IMG/VR virus record: IMGVR_UViG_3300023184_003134
Location: 1 to 57,713 of that record
DNA length: 57,713 nt
Direction: 5' to 3' (one strand)
Source: a virus
Lineage: Duplodnaviria > Caudoviricetes
Shown here: in pieces, positions 40,186-49,913 of the stretch
Layout of the letters: the number at the start of each line of letters is the position of its first letter
Numbering within the stretch: the stretch's first letter is position 1
Notes under the pieces: generated by a model
The model's input: only the letters and a program-made list of their open reading frames with translations
Told to the model about the DNA's origin: nothing
Databases searched by the model: none
Translations under genes and position numbers: made by a program

Positions 40186-40842
40186 TTATAATTTTTCAAA
40201 GTACCCACCAACCTCAAATTTAGCTTTCATGTTAATTGAACCTGCTTCGTTTGGTATAAATTTTGATGGTTCTACTAATCGGAAATCAACCGATACTCTG
40301 GTTTCATTACTATTGTTGTTTTTATTACCATGTAATAAATTGGCACCACTAAATACTAAGATTTCACCATAATTTACTTTATATGGTCTATAATCTCCTT
40401 TATCCTCAATAGATTCCATCCATATAGTATTTTGTTCGTTGGTATTTACAAATGGCATCCAAAAATTTACTTCCGATGTTCCATGATTGTAAGTGCTATC
40501 TTTATGCCATTCACCAACTCCTAAATTACCTTCCGCTAATTGAACTCTAAATGTTGGTATAATTTGATAAATAATTTCATTATATCCAAATCTTTCTTTA
40601 AGTTCTTTTACTAATTTTAAGTAAGTAGGTAGGAATTGTTCTTTATATTTTTCATAGTATCTTTTATGCCAAATAGTAGATTGGTCTTTTTCTCTAACCA
40701 ATAAATCATAATGTTCCAATTTATGTAAATCTTCCAATGGAATAGTATCACCATCCCATACTTCTAACATTTCTAAAACTATTTTTCTAAAATCGTATTC
40801 TTTAGTATCGTAACTAATTTTGTAAGGTGTTTGTAAATACAT
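40186..40842 (-). CDS. 2OG-Fe(II)-type dioxygenase (StrG-like)
   Basis: PTFRV, WHKD, NFWMP, LLHG, RVSVDFR. Confidence 0.7.
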   Translation of the reverse strand: MYLQTPYKISYDTKEYDFRKIVLEMLEVWDGDTIPLEDLHKLEHYDLLVREKDQSTIWHKRYYEKYKEQFLPTYLKLVKELKERFGYNEIIYQIIPTFRVQLAEGNLGVGEWHKDSTYNHGTSEVNFWMPFVNTNEQNTIWMESIEDKGDYRPYKVNYGEILVFSGANLLHGNKNNNSNETRVSVDFRLVEPSKFIPNEAGSINMKAKFEVGGYFEKL

Positions 40843-40844
40843 AA

Positions 40845-41477
40845 CTAAAATAAATTGTATTGTTGTTTTAATCGTAAATCGTTTTCTCTTATTGCATGGA
40901 TTTCACTATCTGCATCTAAAATATTATTTGTTACTGATAATTCACCATCTATTCTATATCCTACTAATTTGTAATTTTGTTTTCTTCTATTTCTTGCTTT
41001 TACAAATAACCAATCATCTTGTCCCCATACTTTCATTTCTTCTGGTATTGGAGTATAGTTTTGTTTATGTACAAATATTGCACAACCCCATCCACCATGT
41101 CTATGTTCAATTGGCTCTAATCCAACTTCTTTATTTGGCTGAATATTATATGCAATCTCATCTAAACCTATTAAACCAATTTGTTCCGTAAGGTGTGGTT
41201 CTAATATATTTAGAATATTCCAATCCATCCAAATGTCATCATTTAAAATTAAAAGTTTATCATACTTAGCCATTTTAGCTCCTTTATTCCAAGGGGCCGT
41301 AACATATGTATTTTTCCCTTCTAATATATGAATTAATTTTGGTAATTCTATCTTTAAATCATTTGAGGTGTTATCTATTAGGATAATTTCTCCAACTAAT
41401 TCATGTGAACTTAATTCCCTAAGTGTCTGTTGAAATCTATCACATTTCCACATTGTAGGTATAATAATTGAATACAT
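40845..41477 (-). CDS. GT2 glycosyltransferase
   Basis: SIIIPT, IILIDN, WNKG, LNDD, GQDDW. Confidence 0.85.
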   Translation of the reverse strand: MYSIIIPTMWKCDRFQQTLRELSSHELVGEIILIDNTSNDLKIELPKLIHILEGKNTYVTAPWNKGAKMAKYDKLLILNDDIWMDWNILNILEPHLTEQIGLIGLDEIAYNIQPNKEVGLEPIEHRHGGWGCAIFVHKQNYTPIPEEMKVWGQDDWLFVKARNRRKQNYKLVGYRIDGELSVTNNILDADSEIHAIRENDLRLKQQYNLF

Positions 41478-42013
41478 TATTTTCTTTTTAAGATAGTTAA
41501 ACCATTGTTATTGGTAAATCTTTCATGCAATTCCCAATTAGAATTTGCTTCTAAAAATTCTTCAATTGCCGGCCATAATCCTATTTCATCTACTTTGCCA
41601 TTATACGATTCACCAATCCATTCAAACGAGGTAGTATCATGAAATGCTATATATTTTCTAGCTTTATTACCATGTAATTTTAATTCACCCTTTAATTGGT
41701 TGTAATTATGTAAAGTATCAATAAAAAGTAAATCGGTTTCTTCTATTTCCAAATCTAATGTATTAGCTACTTTAAATTCAAAGTTAGTATCGTTTTTAAC
41801 CATTTCTGCAATTGATTCCCATTGAATACCATTAATATCATATGAAATCATTGTTTTTGGTTTACCCATAAGTAATGCATAGGTTGATACTATCCATCTA
41901 ACACCCATTTCAGTAATATGCTCACATTCTTCTGCATATTTTTTTAATGTAGGTAAGTGCTCGTTAATATCCGAAGGTCTTGCACATAGTTCATCGTAAG
42001 TTTGTTGTAACAT
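41477..42013 (-). CDS. Class I SAM methyltransferase (Methyltransf_24-like)
   Basis: EMGVR, DLLFIDTLH, FHDT. Confidence 0.8.
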   Translation of the reverse strand: MLQQTYDELCARPSDINEHLPTLKKYAEECEHITEMGVRWIVSTYALLMGKPKTMISYDINGIQWESIAEMVKNDTNFEFKVANTLDLEIEETDLLFIDTLHNYNQLKGELKLHGNKARKYIAFHDTTSFEWIGESYNGKVDEIGLWPAIEEFLEANSNWELHERFTNNNGLTILKRK

Positions 42014-42024
42014 ATTTTTTTATT

Positions 42025-42333
42025 TTAATTGTATTTTAATCCGAAAAATTCGTAGTTTTTATGAACCGATACTTCATCATCGGCACTAATTGCAATATCT
42101 TCATCTTCATATATTGCAGAAACGGGACACTCAGGTACACATGCTCCACAATTAATACATAAATCTGGATTGATATACATTTGACCACCAGGAAATGCTT
42201 CTCTACCATCTCTTTCAATTTCACCACCCGAACCTTCCATATCAATAGGTCCGTGAATACAATCTACCGGACATGCACTTGCACATGCGGTATCCATACA
42301 ATCAACACAACTTTTTCCAATAATAAAGCTCAT
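42025..42333 (-). CDS. 7Fe-type (FdxA-like) ferredoxin
   Basis: CVDCMDTACASACPVDC and CINCGACVPECP; start at MSFIIG. Confidence 0.9.
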   Translation of the reverse strand: MSFIIGKSCVDCMDTACASACPVDCIHGPIDMEGSGGEIERDGREAFPGGQMYINPDLCINCGACVPECPVSAIYEDEDIAISADDEVSVHKNYEFFGLKYN

Positions 42334-42349
42334 AATTTGTTTTTTGTTT

Positions 42350-42760
42350 TTATATATGTGATTCATCAAAGATTAATTGTTCTAATCCTTGCTTTTGTCT
42401 ATAATCGTTTATTGCAGATTTAATAGCATCTTCTGCTAATACTGAACAATGTATTTTAACAGGAGGTAGGTTTAATTCCTCTACCAACTCCATATTATCT
42501 AATTTAACCGCTTCTTCCAATGTCATACCCTTTAACCACTCTGTTGCTAAGGATGATGCTGCTATTGCACTTCCACAACCAAATGTTTTGAATTTTGCAT
42601 CAATAATTCTATTATCTTCAACTTCTATTTGTAATCTCATTACATCACCACATTCCGGGGCGCCTACTAGACCTGTACCTACATTGGATTTACTTTTATC
42701 TAATGTACCTACGTTTTTTGGGTTTTGGTAATGGTCAATTACCTTTTCTGAATATGCCAT
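42350..42760 (-). CDS. iscU: Fe-S scaffold protein IscU
   Basis: GAPECGD, FKTFGCGSAIA, LPPVKIHCS. Confidence 0.96.
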   Translation of the reverse strand: MAYSEKVIDHYQNPKNVGTLDKSKSNVGTGLVGAPECGDVMRLQIEVEDNRIIDAKFKTFGCGSAIAASSLATEWLKGMTLEEAVKLDNMELVEELNLPPVKIHCSVLAEDAIKSAINDYRQKQGLEQLIFDESHI

Positions 42761-42770
42761 TGTTTATTTT

Positions 42771-43853
42771 TTAATATGTTTTTGTTAAATTAGTATTATC
42801 TAATTCATCTAAATGTTGTTTGTACAATTTTTTGAAATTATTGATAGAATTACCACTATTCATCCAATATTTCACTGCAGCTGGATTATTTATCCACAAA
42901 TGTTTATTATCCCAATCAAATGTAGGTTCTTCGTAGTACGCAAGTGGTGTGGGTTCTATGGGTTCATTTTGAGGAATATTTTCCACTATAACTTCATTTT
43001 TATCCTTTTTTGTAGAATATTTTCCACTATCTCCGTATATTTGGTAATTTTTGTAGTTTTCGTGCATCAAATCATCTAAATCGTTATAATCCGGTGTATT
43101 TTCCTTTTTATCACCAATCATACCATTGAACGCGATAATAAGTGCGATTGCTAACGGGTCAAATACCACTACAATCAAAAATATGAAGAATTTTACAACT
43201 TTTTTCAACTCAACACCAAACATCTCTGCAACAAACCTAAAACCACCCACCTCTCTTTCGGTTTCTATGTTGTTATTTTTGATTTTATTGATTTGTTCGT
43301 AGTTTTTGTTGTTTTTTTCTGTTAGAGTGTTGATTTTGACTGATATAGCACTAATTTCCTTATCAGCGTTTCTAACCATAGTACTTAAACGAGATGTTGA
43401 CCCATTCCTTTCAATTATTTTCGATATATTTGCTTCTTGTGAGTTACGAATTTGTTGTAAATTGGTTATTTGAGCAGTAAAACGATTAATTTCACTTTTG
43501 TTTGTTGTAATTTGAGTTTGAAATACAGAAATCTCTCTTTCAATTTGACCTAACTTTAAATTTTGTTGTTGGAATGCATTAGAAAGGTAACCAAAGATGC
43601 CTGCAGATGTAATAAGCATAATAACTCCGACTGCGGTCACTAAATACCACTTATTGAAACCCCTAATGTCATCCCATTTTTGTTTTAGGTAGGTTGCTGC
43701 TACTAATTTAGCAAACTCTAATGAACCTGCCATTATCATTACTGCCGTTGATGCTCCACTAAATAGGACACCCAATCCGGTAACGGAAAAGAATGCAGCA
43801 CAACCAGCTATGATTAATGCAGATAACCCTACTAACCATTTTAACCAATTCAT
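42771..43853 (-). CDS. Membrane protein (3 TM, coiled coil, 1 TM)
   Basis: Hydrophobic helices flanking a long heptad region; FDPLAIALI. Confidence 0.75.
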   Translation of the reverse strand: MNWLKWLVGLSALIIAGCAAFFSVTGLGVLFSGASTAVMIMAGSLEFAKLVAATYLKQKWDDIRGFNKWYLVTAVGVIMLITSAGIFGYLSNAFQQQNLKLGQIEREISVFQTQITTNKSEINRFTAQITNLQQIRNSQEANISKIIERNGSTSRLSTMVRNADKEISAISVKINTLTEKNNKNYEQINKIKNNNIETEREVGGFRFVAEMFGVELKKVVKFFIFLIVVVFDPLAIALIIAFNGMIGDKKENTPDYNDLDDLMHENYKNYQIYGDSGKYSTKKDKNEVIVENIPQNEPIEPTPLAYYEEPTFDWDNKHLWINNPAAVKYWMNSGNSINNFKKLYKQHLDELDNTNLTKTY

Positions 43854-44035
43854 TATCCCTCTCTTTCTAAATCAATTAAATCATTAACCTTGCCTAATGC
43901 AAACAATACTTCATCAAACATTTTTACTGCATCTACGTTTGTGATTTGTTTACTACCTTCTGCTGCTTGTTTTAAGAAGTTTGTTCTAATTTCAATTGCT
44001 TCTAAACTTTTTCTGATTTGTTCTTTGTATCTCAT
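43853..44035 (-). CDS. Hypothetical protein
   Basis: 60-aa coupled ORF with ATATTTATA at 44049-44057. Confidence 0.65.
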   Translation of the reverse strand: MRYKEQIRKSLEAIEIRTNFLKQAAEGSKQITNVDAVKMFDEVLFALGKVNDLIDLEREG

Positions 44036-44047
44036 ATACTTTATTTT

Positions 44048-44884
44048 TTATAAATATTTGTTATTTAAAAATTCTACCATTCCATTCGCCCATAGTTGGT
44101 GAGCTTGAAATCCAGGGTGTCCATCATTTATTACATCAACCCCAATTTCATCTAAAATTCTTGTTTTAGTTTTTTCACTTAATGTAACAATATTATTTTC
44201 AATGTCACCATTAATCTGTAATTTTAAAATTCTATCATTCCTAAAATTTGGAATAAATTTATTAAAATCAATTTGGTTAATAAAGTAAGTATAATTGCCG
44301 GATATATAATATTCTATATTATGTAATTCAAAAAATGAACATAATCCTAAATATTTTTTAGCAGTTTCTAACTCCCATTGAATTGGATTTATAAAACTAT
44401 TAGAATATTGTTTAATTATAGTAATAATAGTATCTTTATATAATTCATCTTTTATATAACCCTCATTAATCCAATTGAATGTTGTGTGTACACTTTCTAC
44501 TTTTCCATTACTATCATAATTAGTATTTGCTACCAAATATTTGTTATACTTGTTTGAAAATACATCTAATCTATTTATAGCATCCGGTAATTCTAGTATG
44601 AATAGTGTTTTCTTAATTTCATCTAATTTATTTTTTAGAATGTAATCATACACTTTTCTAATAATTCTATCTGTACCACCACCACTCTTTGCATCATTTA
44701 TTATTTTAATTCCCATTTGTTTTCCAACTAATGTAGGATAGCAAACATCTACTTGTGATTTATATTCAAATCCATATTGTTTTTTATATGCTTCTCTAAC
44801 GTGTTCTTTCTTTGTTTCAAATCCACCACCTTCGGTAAACGAGCAACCATTAAAATATATTTGATTAAATTTATCTTGTATCAT
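44048..44884 (-). CDS. SGNH/GDSL-like protein
   Basis: FNGCSFTEG, SGGG, DGHPG...H..WA. Confidence 0.7.
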   Translation of the reverse strand: MIQDKFNQIYFNGCSFTEGGGFETKKEHVREAYKKQYGFEYKSQVDVCYPTLVGKQMGIKIINDAKSGGGTDRIIRKVYDYILKNKLDEIKKTLFILELPDAINRLDVFSNKYNKYLVANTNYDSNGKVESVHTTFNWINEGYIKDELYKDTIITIIKQYSNSFINPIQWELETAKKYLGLCSFFELHNIEYYISGNYTYFINQIDFNKFIPNFRNDRILKLQINGDIENNIVTLSEKTKTRILDEIGVDVINDGHPGFQAHQLWANGMVEFLNNKYL

Positions 44885-45774
44885 TACTTAAAAAATTCTG
44901 CTAATTTTGTTTCTTGTTCTAATTCATCCGGTGTAACATAATCTGGAATTTCATATGTTCCTGGTTTTCTAAACACCAATAAGTATTCATGTACCTTTGA
45001 TGTGTATCTATTTGCTGCCGTTTTACCAATTTGTAATGCTGCGAATGGTGAAATGTTTTCTAGTATAACTATATCGTGCTGATTAAATCCGTTCTTTTTG
45101 AAAGAATTGATAACATCACCGTGAAAGTTTAAGAATTTACCTTTACTTCTAATATCACCTACAACCCAACAAGCAAACCCACCAGTCTTCAATACTCTAA
45201 AACAATTACCAATACATAAATCAATTTTGTTCATAAACATTTCATAGTTAGGCTCATCTGCTAATTGATTAGGTACTGATTCGTATCTTTCTAAATCAAA
45301 GTAAGGTGGACAGGTCATAATCAAATCTGCATACTTATCTTCAATTTCTTCCATTAGTGTTCCATCACCATTTATAACAGGTGTTTTCATACCCATACCA
45401 GTAAAGTGGTCATGTATTCGTTCATGTGTTTTAGGAGAAATTTCAAACCCTGTATACTCTCTACCTAACTTTGTTGCAACATAAGCGCGGGTCACTCTAC
45501 CTGCAAATGGGTCTACTACCTTACTACCTTTTAAACTCCAAAATTTATATATTTGTTCTGCTAATCCGGCGTGAAATTCAGAGAAAGTGTAACCGGGTAA
45601 ATATTCCGATGTGTCACTTCGTCTTTGTTCATCTAAACCATCATTTAAATAGGCATCGTGCCACTTTAGCTTAGATTCTTTGGTAGGTCTATTAATTGAT
45701 AGAGGTAGGAATCCAAATTGGTCTACAACCTTTATATCGGTTCTAAGAGGTAATATTTGTGAGTATTCTGCCAT
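44884..45774 (-). CDS. DNA amino-methyltransferase (m4C/m6A)
   Basis: DPFAG precedes TCPPY; HEYLLVFRK. Confidence 0.88.
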   Translation of the reverse strand: MAEYSQILPLRTDIKVVDQFGFLPLSINRPTKESKLKWHDAYLNDGLDEQRRSDTSEYLPGYTFSEFHAGLAEQIYKFWSLKGSKVVDPFAGRVTRAYVATKLGREYTGFEISPKTHERIHDHFTGMGMKTPVINGDGTLMEEIEDKYADLIMTCPPYFDLERYESVPNQLADEPNYEMFMNKIDLCIGNCFRVLKTGGFACWVVGDIRSKGKFLNFHGDVINSFKKNGFNQHDIVILENISPFAALQIGKTAANRYTSKVHEYLLVFRKPGTYEIPDYVTPDELEQETKLAEFFK

Positions 45775-45777
45775 AAT

Positions 45778-45807
45778 AAAAAAGGGTAGTCTTTTGTGAC
45801 TACCCTT
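45778..45807 (-). terminator. Rho-independent terminator downstream of the Hsp20 gene
   Basis: Minus strand GGGTAGTC-ACAAAA-GACTACCC followed by a T run. Confidence 0.8.
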
Positions 45808-45829
45808 AAAGATACGAAATATAACTTAA

Positions 45830-46219
45830 TTATCCAACTTTAATGGATAGTTTCTTTGGCTTTCTTTCCTCAAACTTTGGAATAGATATATAAAGAACGC
45901 CGTTTGTAATTGTGGCTTCCGCCTTTGCACCATCCCAATCTTTACCAATGCTTAGTGTTTCATCAATGTTCTGCACTAATTCACTTTCAATTTTAGAAGG
46001 AGTATTATCGTTTACTTTAGATTTAACTCTAATCTTATCAGAGTCATAATCCAATGTTAATGTTTCTACTGAATGACCTGGAACTAATAATCCAATTTGT
46101 AATGTGTCATCCGTAATGTCAATTGCTAATCTTTGTGCTGTTTCTTTGTAACGTCTTGTTGCTGGTTTAGAAACTTCAAAGAAATCTTCAAATAATTTGT
46201 TGTAATCTACTAAATACAT
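45830..46219 (-). CDS. Small heat-shock protein (Hsp20/alpha-crystallin)
   Basis: VPG, ATITNGVLYISIPK, C-terminal L-x-I. Confidence 0.85.
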   Translation of the reverse strand: MYLVDYNKLFEDFFEVSKPATRRYKETAQRLAIDITDDTLQIGLLVPGHSVETLTLDYDSDKIRVKSKVNDNTPSKIESELVQNIDETLSIGKDWDGAKAEATITNGVLYISIPKFEERKPKKLSIKVG

Positions 46220-46296
46220 AATTTAATGTTTTTGTTTTGTTAATAATATTCTATATAGTTCAAATACCATACCATTAAGGTTAAACTGACACTTTG

Positions 46297-47004
46297 TTAG
46301 AATTGTCCAACGTTTAATGAAAATTTGTCATTTTTTTGTGACTTATCTTGTAATTTTAATTCTTCTTGTCTTTCTATGATTGTACTCATAAAATCTCCCC
46401 AATGTAAAATATATTGAATAGAAGAACGTAATGTATTTTTAACATTAAATGTTTTTAAATACTTTTCATTATCTTCATCATATAATCCATCGGTAAGTTT
46501 AATGCCAAAATATTCATTTTCAGTATATTGAATACCATAGTAGTTCAATGTAAAGAATGTTCTATCGGTAATTGTCATAAATGGTATTTCATCATTTCTT
46601 TTATAGTAATCCATTCTATTATCTATTTCCCATTTATTTGTATTATGCACATAATGTACTTGTCCTTTAATACCTAATTTACCTAAATCATGATGTAATG
46701 CTGCAAACATTAATTCTTCATCTTCAAAATCAATAGTACCACCCTGTGCAACAAATAAATCTTTCATTTTTAATGCATTCTTACACACATTAAAAATATG
46801 GTCAATATATCCCCCATCGTAACAATTGTGATATAATAATCTACCACTTGCCGGAGACATTGCTAAATTCATACCTAATTCGTTTTCAGAATACATATGA
46901 AGTAATTTTTCAAGTCTATCACCGGTGAAATACTTTTTAATAATAGCAATAAACTTATCGTAATTTGCTTTAATTTCCTCTGCTGTCTTTTTTCTTTGTG
47001 TCAT
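46297..47004 (-). CDS. HD-domain phosphohydrolase (YhaM-like)
   Basis: PAS...YH...GG...H, HHDLGK, HWGD. Confidence 0.85.
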   Translation of the reverse strand: MTQRKKTAEEIKANYDKFIAIIKKYFTGDRLEKLLHMYSENELGMNLAMSPASGRLLYHNCYDGGYIDHIFNVCKNALKMKDLFVAQGGTIDFEDEELMFAALHHDLGKLGIKGQVHYVHNTNKWEIDNRMDYYKRNDEIPFMTITDRTFFTLNYYGIQYTENEYFGIKLTDGLYDEDNEKYLKTFNVKNTLRSSIQYILHWGDFMSTIIERQEELKLQDKSQKNDKFSLNVGQF

Positions 47005-47007
47005 AAT

Positions 47008-47646
47008 TTATAGTTTAAAAAATTTATCTGCGTTATTTATTTTATTTATTCTATTTTCTGCAATCTTACACGTAACTTCATGTATTTCACTACCTATGTA
47101 CTTTCTATTATTTTCAATACATACCACTGCCGTAGTACCACTACCTATAAATGGGTCAAATACTATTTCATTTTTCTTTGTATATCCATTGATAAATTCT
47201 TTTACAATATTAGCCGAAAAATTGTAGGTATATTCCGGTGTTGCTGGTACAAATACTTCATACCAAACATCCGGTAAATTTACTACTTTTGAAACATCTT
47301 TTTTAAATGTTAAAATAAAAGTATAACCTGGTCTATATAAATCAATTTTATATGTTTTAACCCATATTTTCTGTGATATTAATCTCCATCCTAATTCATT
47401 CATTAGGGTACACATAATAGTATGTTTCGGAATAATAGTACCTTCTGCTTTTCTATCGGAAACAAATATAGTGACGGTATCATTCTTTGGATTAAATTTT
47501 TCAAACCTTTCTTTTAAGAAATGAATATAAGGTTGTATATTTTTAGTATCTACTCCAATTTCATCAAAATCTGGTGGAGATGTAATAATGTAATCATAAT
47601 CTAAGTTACGATTAAGTGTATCTAAACAATCTTCGTTGTAAATCAT
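47008..47646 (-). CDS. DNA amino-methyltransferase, beta-type motif order
   Basis: TSPPD followed by DPFIGSGTT and YIGSEI. Confidence 0.85.
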   Translation of the reverse strand: MIYNEDCLDTLNRNLDYDYIITSPPDFDEIGVDTKNIQPYIHFLKERFEKFNPKNDTVTIFVSDRKAEGTIIPKHTIMCTLMNELGWRLISQKIWVKTYKIDLYRPGYTFILTFKKDVSKVVNLPDVWYEVFVPATPEYTYNFSANIVKEFINGYTKKNEIVFDPFIGSGTTAVVCIENNRKYIGSEIHEVTCKIAENRINKINNADKFFKL

Positions 47647-47945
47647 TTTGTTAAGTTTTCTTTTGTTAATATTTTATATAATAGTTCAATTTCTTCTTCG
47701 GTTTCTAACATTGGTAAATTATCAAATAAGGTTACCAAATATTCACCCTCATTTAAATCCATATTTTTCCACTCATCACTTGCTATCGATATCAATGTAG
47801 GTCTATCATGTATATCATAATCATCTAATGGTAAAGGTAATATCCAATAATAATATTCTGAATCCTCATCGTTTTCTTCTATCTTTATTGCTCCCCATTT
47901 TTTAAAAGAATGGTCGGTAATTGGTGTTTGTGGCATTGTTATCAT
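47643..47945 (-). CDS. Hypothetical acidic protein
   Basis: 100-aa coupled ORF. Confidence 0.7.
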   Translation of the reverse strand: MITMPQTPITDHSFKKWGAIKIEENDEDSEYYYWILPLPLDDYDIHDRPTLISIASDEWKNMDLNEGEYLVTLFDNLPMLETEEEIELLYKILTKENLTK

Positions 47946-47949
47946 AACT

Positions 47950-47980
47950 CAAATATACAACTTTTTTTCCTAATCACAAA
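47950..47980 (-). promoter_or_regulatory. Bacteroidota primary-sigma promoter
   Basis: TTTG-N19-TATATTTG. Confidence 0.7.
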
Positions 47981-48578
47981 TTATTCTAATAGATTTTAGT
48001 ATTGAATCTACTCTAATCTTTGAAAATAAATTATCTACGGGTATCTCAATTGTATAGATTGCTTTACCTATAATCGTAAGTGTATCACCACGCATCGGGT
48101 ATACAGGTGCGGCAATAGTATTAATATTACCATCATCAAATCCTAATTGTGATGTTCCATTTACAATAGGAATAATTTGGTCTTTTTGTGAAATTAAATT
48201 CGGTAATTGTGATATTTGTAATTGACCGGTGTATGGATTGAAATATGTTTTGACAATTGTACCAACCGATTCACCTGCTTTTAAAATCCAATAATGTGAA
48301 CCTGTCCATTCTATTCTACCTTGTACGGGTGAGGGAATTTGATTTGGTTTACCATCAACTAAAAGTGTACCTGTTATTCTGCTAAATGTTTGTGTTCTTG
48401 TTGTAGATAGTGTTAAATGATAAAATCCATTGATATCTTTTGGTAAACTTTGCTTACCATCCGAACTTAATGCCGAATCAATTGTAAATGAAATTGTGTG
48501 TTGGGGTAGTATTGGTTTTGTGATTTCTTTTTCACATGCACATAATAGTACAATACCAATAAGAGGTAAAATCTTCAT
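47970..48578 (-). CDS. Putative lipoprotein
   Basis: MKILPLIGIVLLCA-C signal II followed by EKE. Confidence 0.75.
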   Translation of the reverse strand: MKILPLIGIVLLCACEKEITKPILPQHTISFTIDSALSSDGKQSLPKDINGFYHLTLSTTRTQTFSRITGTLLVDGKPNQIPSPVQGRIEWTGSHYWILKAGESVGTIVKTYFNPYTGQLQISQLPNLISQKDQIIPIVNGTSQLGFDDGNINTIAAPVYPMRGDTLTIIGKAIYTIEIPVDNLFSKIRVDSILKSIRIICD

Positions 48579-48602
48579 ATCTTAGAGTTTAATGTTTATA
48601 CT

Positions 48603-48633
48603 TAAAGATACGAAATTATTAGGACTTTTCCAA
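48603..48633 (-). promoter_or_regulatory. Possible Bacteroidota-type promoter (variant)
   Basis: TTG-N20-TATCTTTA; the same TTTCGTATCTTTAAG core occurs at 45805-45819. Confidence 0.5.
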
Positions 48634-49413
48634 TTATTTTAGAATATTTGTTGTAATTAATTGATTATTAACAAGATATGTATATAATTTTTTTGAATAT
48701 TTTTTATTATGTATGTATCCTGGATGTGCTCCATCAACTCCATTATCAACAAATGGTGCTGAATAATCTCCATCAAATCTATTATTATCATTATAATCAT
48801 TAGTTGCATACCATCCATTCCAAACCCAATTACATTTTTTTGATTCTAAAAATAATTTTATTAACGTATGGTTTTTATACCAATTTATAAAATTGTTTGA
48901 TTTATTTAATAAAGTAAGATGTGCATTATGTTCATTTACACCATTTTCGGTTTCTTTAAAATACCCCCAACTTTTATGGTGGAATGGTTCTATACCACCT
49001 TCATTGGTATAAAATTCTCGTCTATGTGATTCGGTATACATAATTAAAACTAAATCAGGTTTTACTAAATCGTAATATGTCATCAAACAACGGGTGATAT
49101 AATCATTACTTCTACCACCACATCCGAAATTTAAATCAACTCCATTTGGTATTAATTTACACAATTGATGTGACCATGTTTCGTTATCATTTACACCAAC
49201 TCCCTCAGTAATAGAACAACCTAATGACATTACCTTAAACCCTTCTTTTTTTATACTAGCTCCTCTAAACCCCAATTCATTATAAGTGTAAGTGCAATTT
49301 CCTGTAATATCTGAACCCGAACCTTTATATGTTTGATTAACTCTTTCACTTAAATTGTTTCTAAACGATGAAATTTCAAATCCCGCAGGATTCCAATATT
49401 CTAATGCCTTCAT
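48634..49413 (-). CDS. SGNH/GDSL-like esterase or acyltransferase
   Basis: NELGFR, SLGCSITEG, NFGCGG, DGAHPG. Confidence 0.75.
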   Translation of the reverse strand: MKALEYWNPAGFEISSFRNNLSERVNQTYKGSGSDITGNCTYTYNELGFRGASIKKEGFKVMSLGCSITEGVGVNDNETWSHQLCKLIPNGVDLNFGCGGRSNDYITRCLMTYYDLVKPDLVLIMYTESHRREFYTNEGGIEPFHHKSWGYFKETENGVNEHNAHLTLLNKSNNFINWYKNHTLIKLFLESKKCNWVWNGWYATNDYNDNNRFDGDYSAPFVDNGVDGAHPGYIHNKKYSKKLYTYLVNNQLITTNILK

Positions 49414-49913
49414 ATTAATTTATTTCTTTCTATTTTTATATGTTCGTTTTCTAAAAACCATAATAAAGAATACCTTTCACCTTCTAAAATTGGTGTTATT
49501 TCGTGGTCTATTCTTACATCAAATAAATATGTATTCCCAATAACTTTATCTAATATAATTTCATTTGGGTTGTATAATTTAAAATCACCTCCTATAAAAT
49601 TATCGTTTAATAATACACCAATTGCGTATAATCTTTCATCTCTAACATCATTATGCTTACCAAACCAATTACCTTTTGCAAATTTATGAAAATGTATTTC
49701 TTCTTTATTTTTTATAATTTGTAAACCAGTTTCGGATTCAAAAAAATATTTTAATTTATCAAATAACCATTTATTTTGTAATGAATAATCAATTGGTTGG
49801 GAATGGTATTTTCTATTTTCCATATTAAAGTTTGCAATATTTTCATTTGCATTCCATACAATAGATTCACATTCTACTTTATTAAATAATACTCTTTGGC
49901 TTAATAATTTCAT
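49410..49913 (-). CDS. 2OG-Fe(II) oxygenase (P4H-like)
   Basis: KHND, GGDF, HEITP..EGERYSL. Confidence 0.88.
   Translation of the reverse strand: MKLLSQRVLFNKVECESIVWNANENIANFNMENRKYHSQPIDYSLQNKWLFDKLKYFFESETGLQIIKNKEEIHFHKFAKGNWFGKHNDVRDERLYAIGVLLNDNFIGGDFKLYNPNEIILDKVIGNTYLFDVRIDHEITPILEGERYSLLWFLENEHIKIERNKLI

Noticed and set aside
39851-42760. Host chromosomal isc operon (chimeric contig or prophage boundary)
   Set aside because: Genes are interleaved with phage-type ORFs of similar composition and strand, and iscS, iscR and hscAB are absent.
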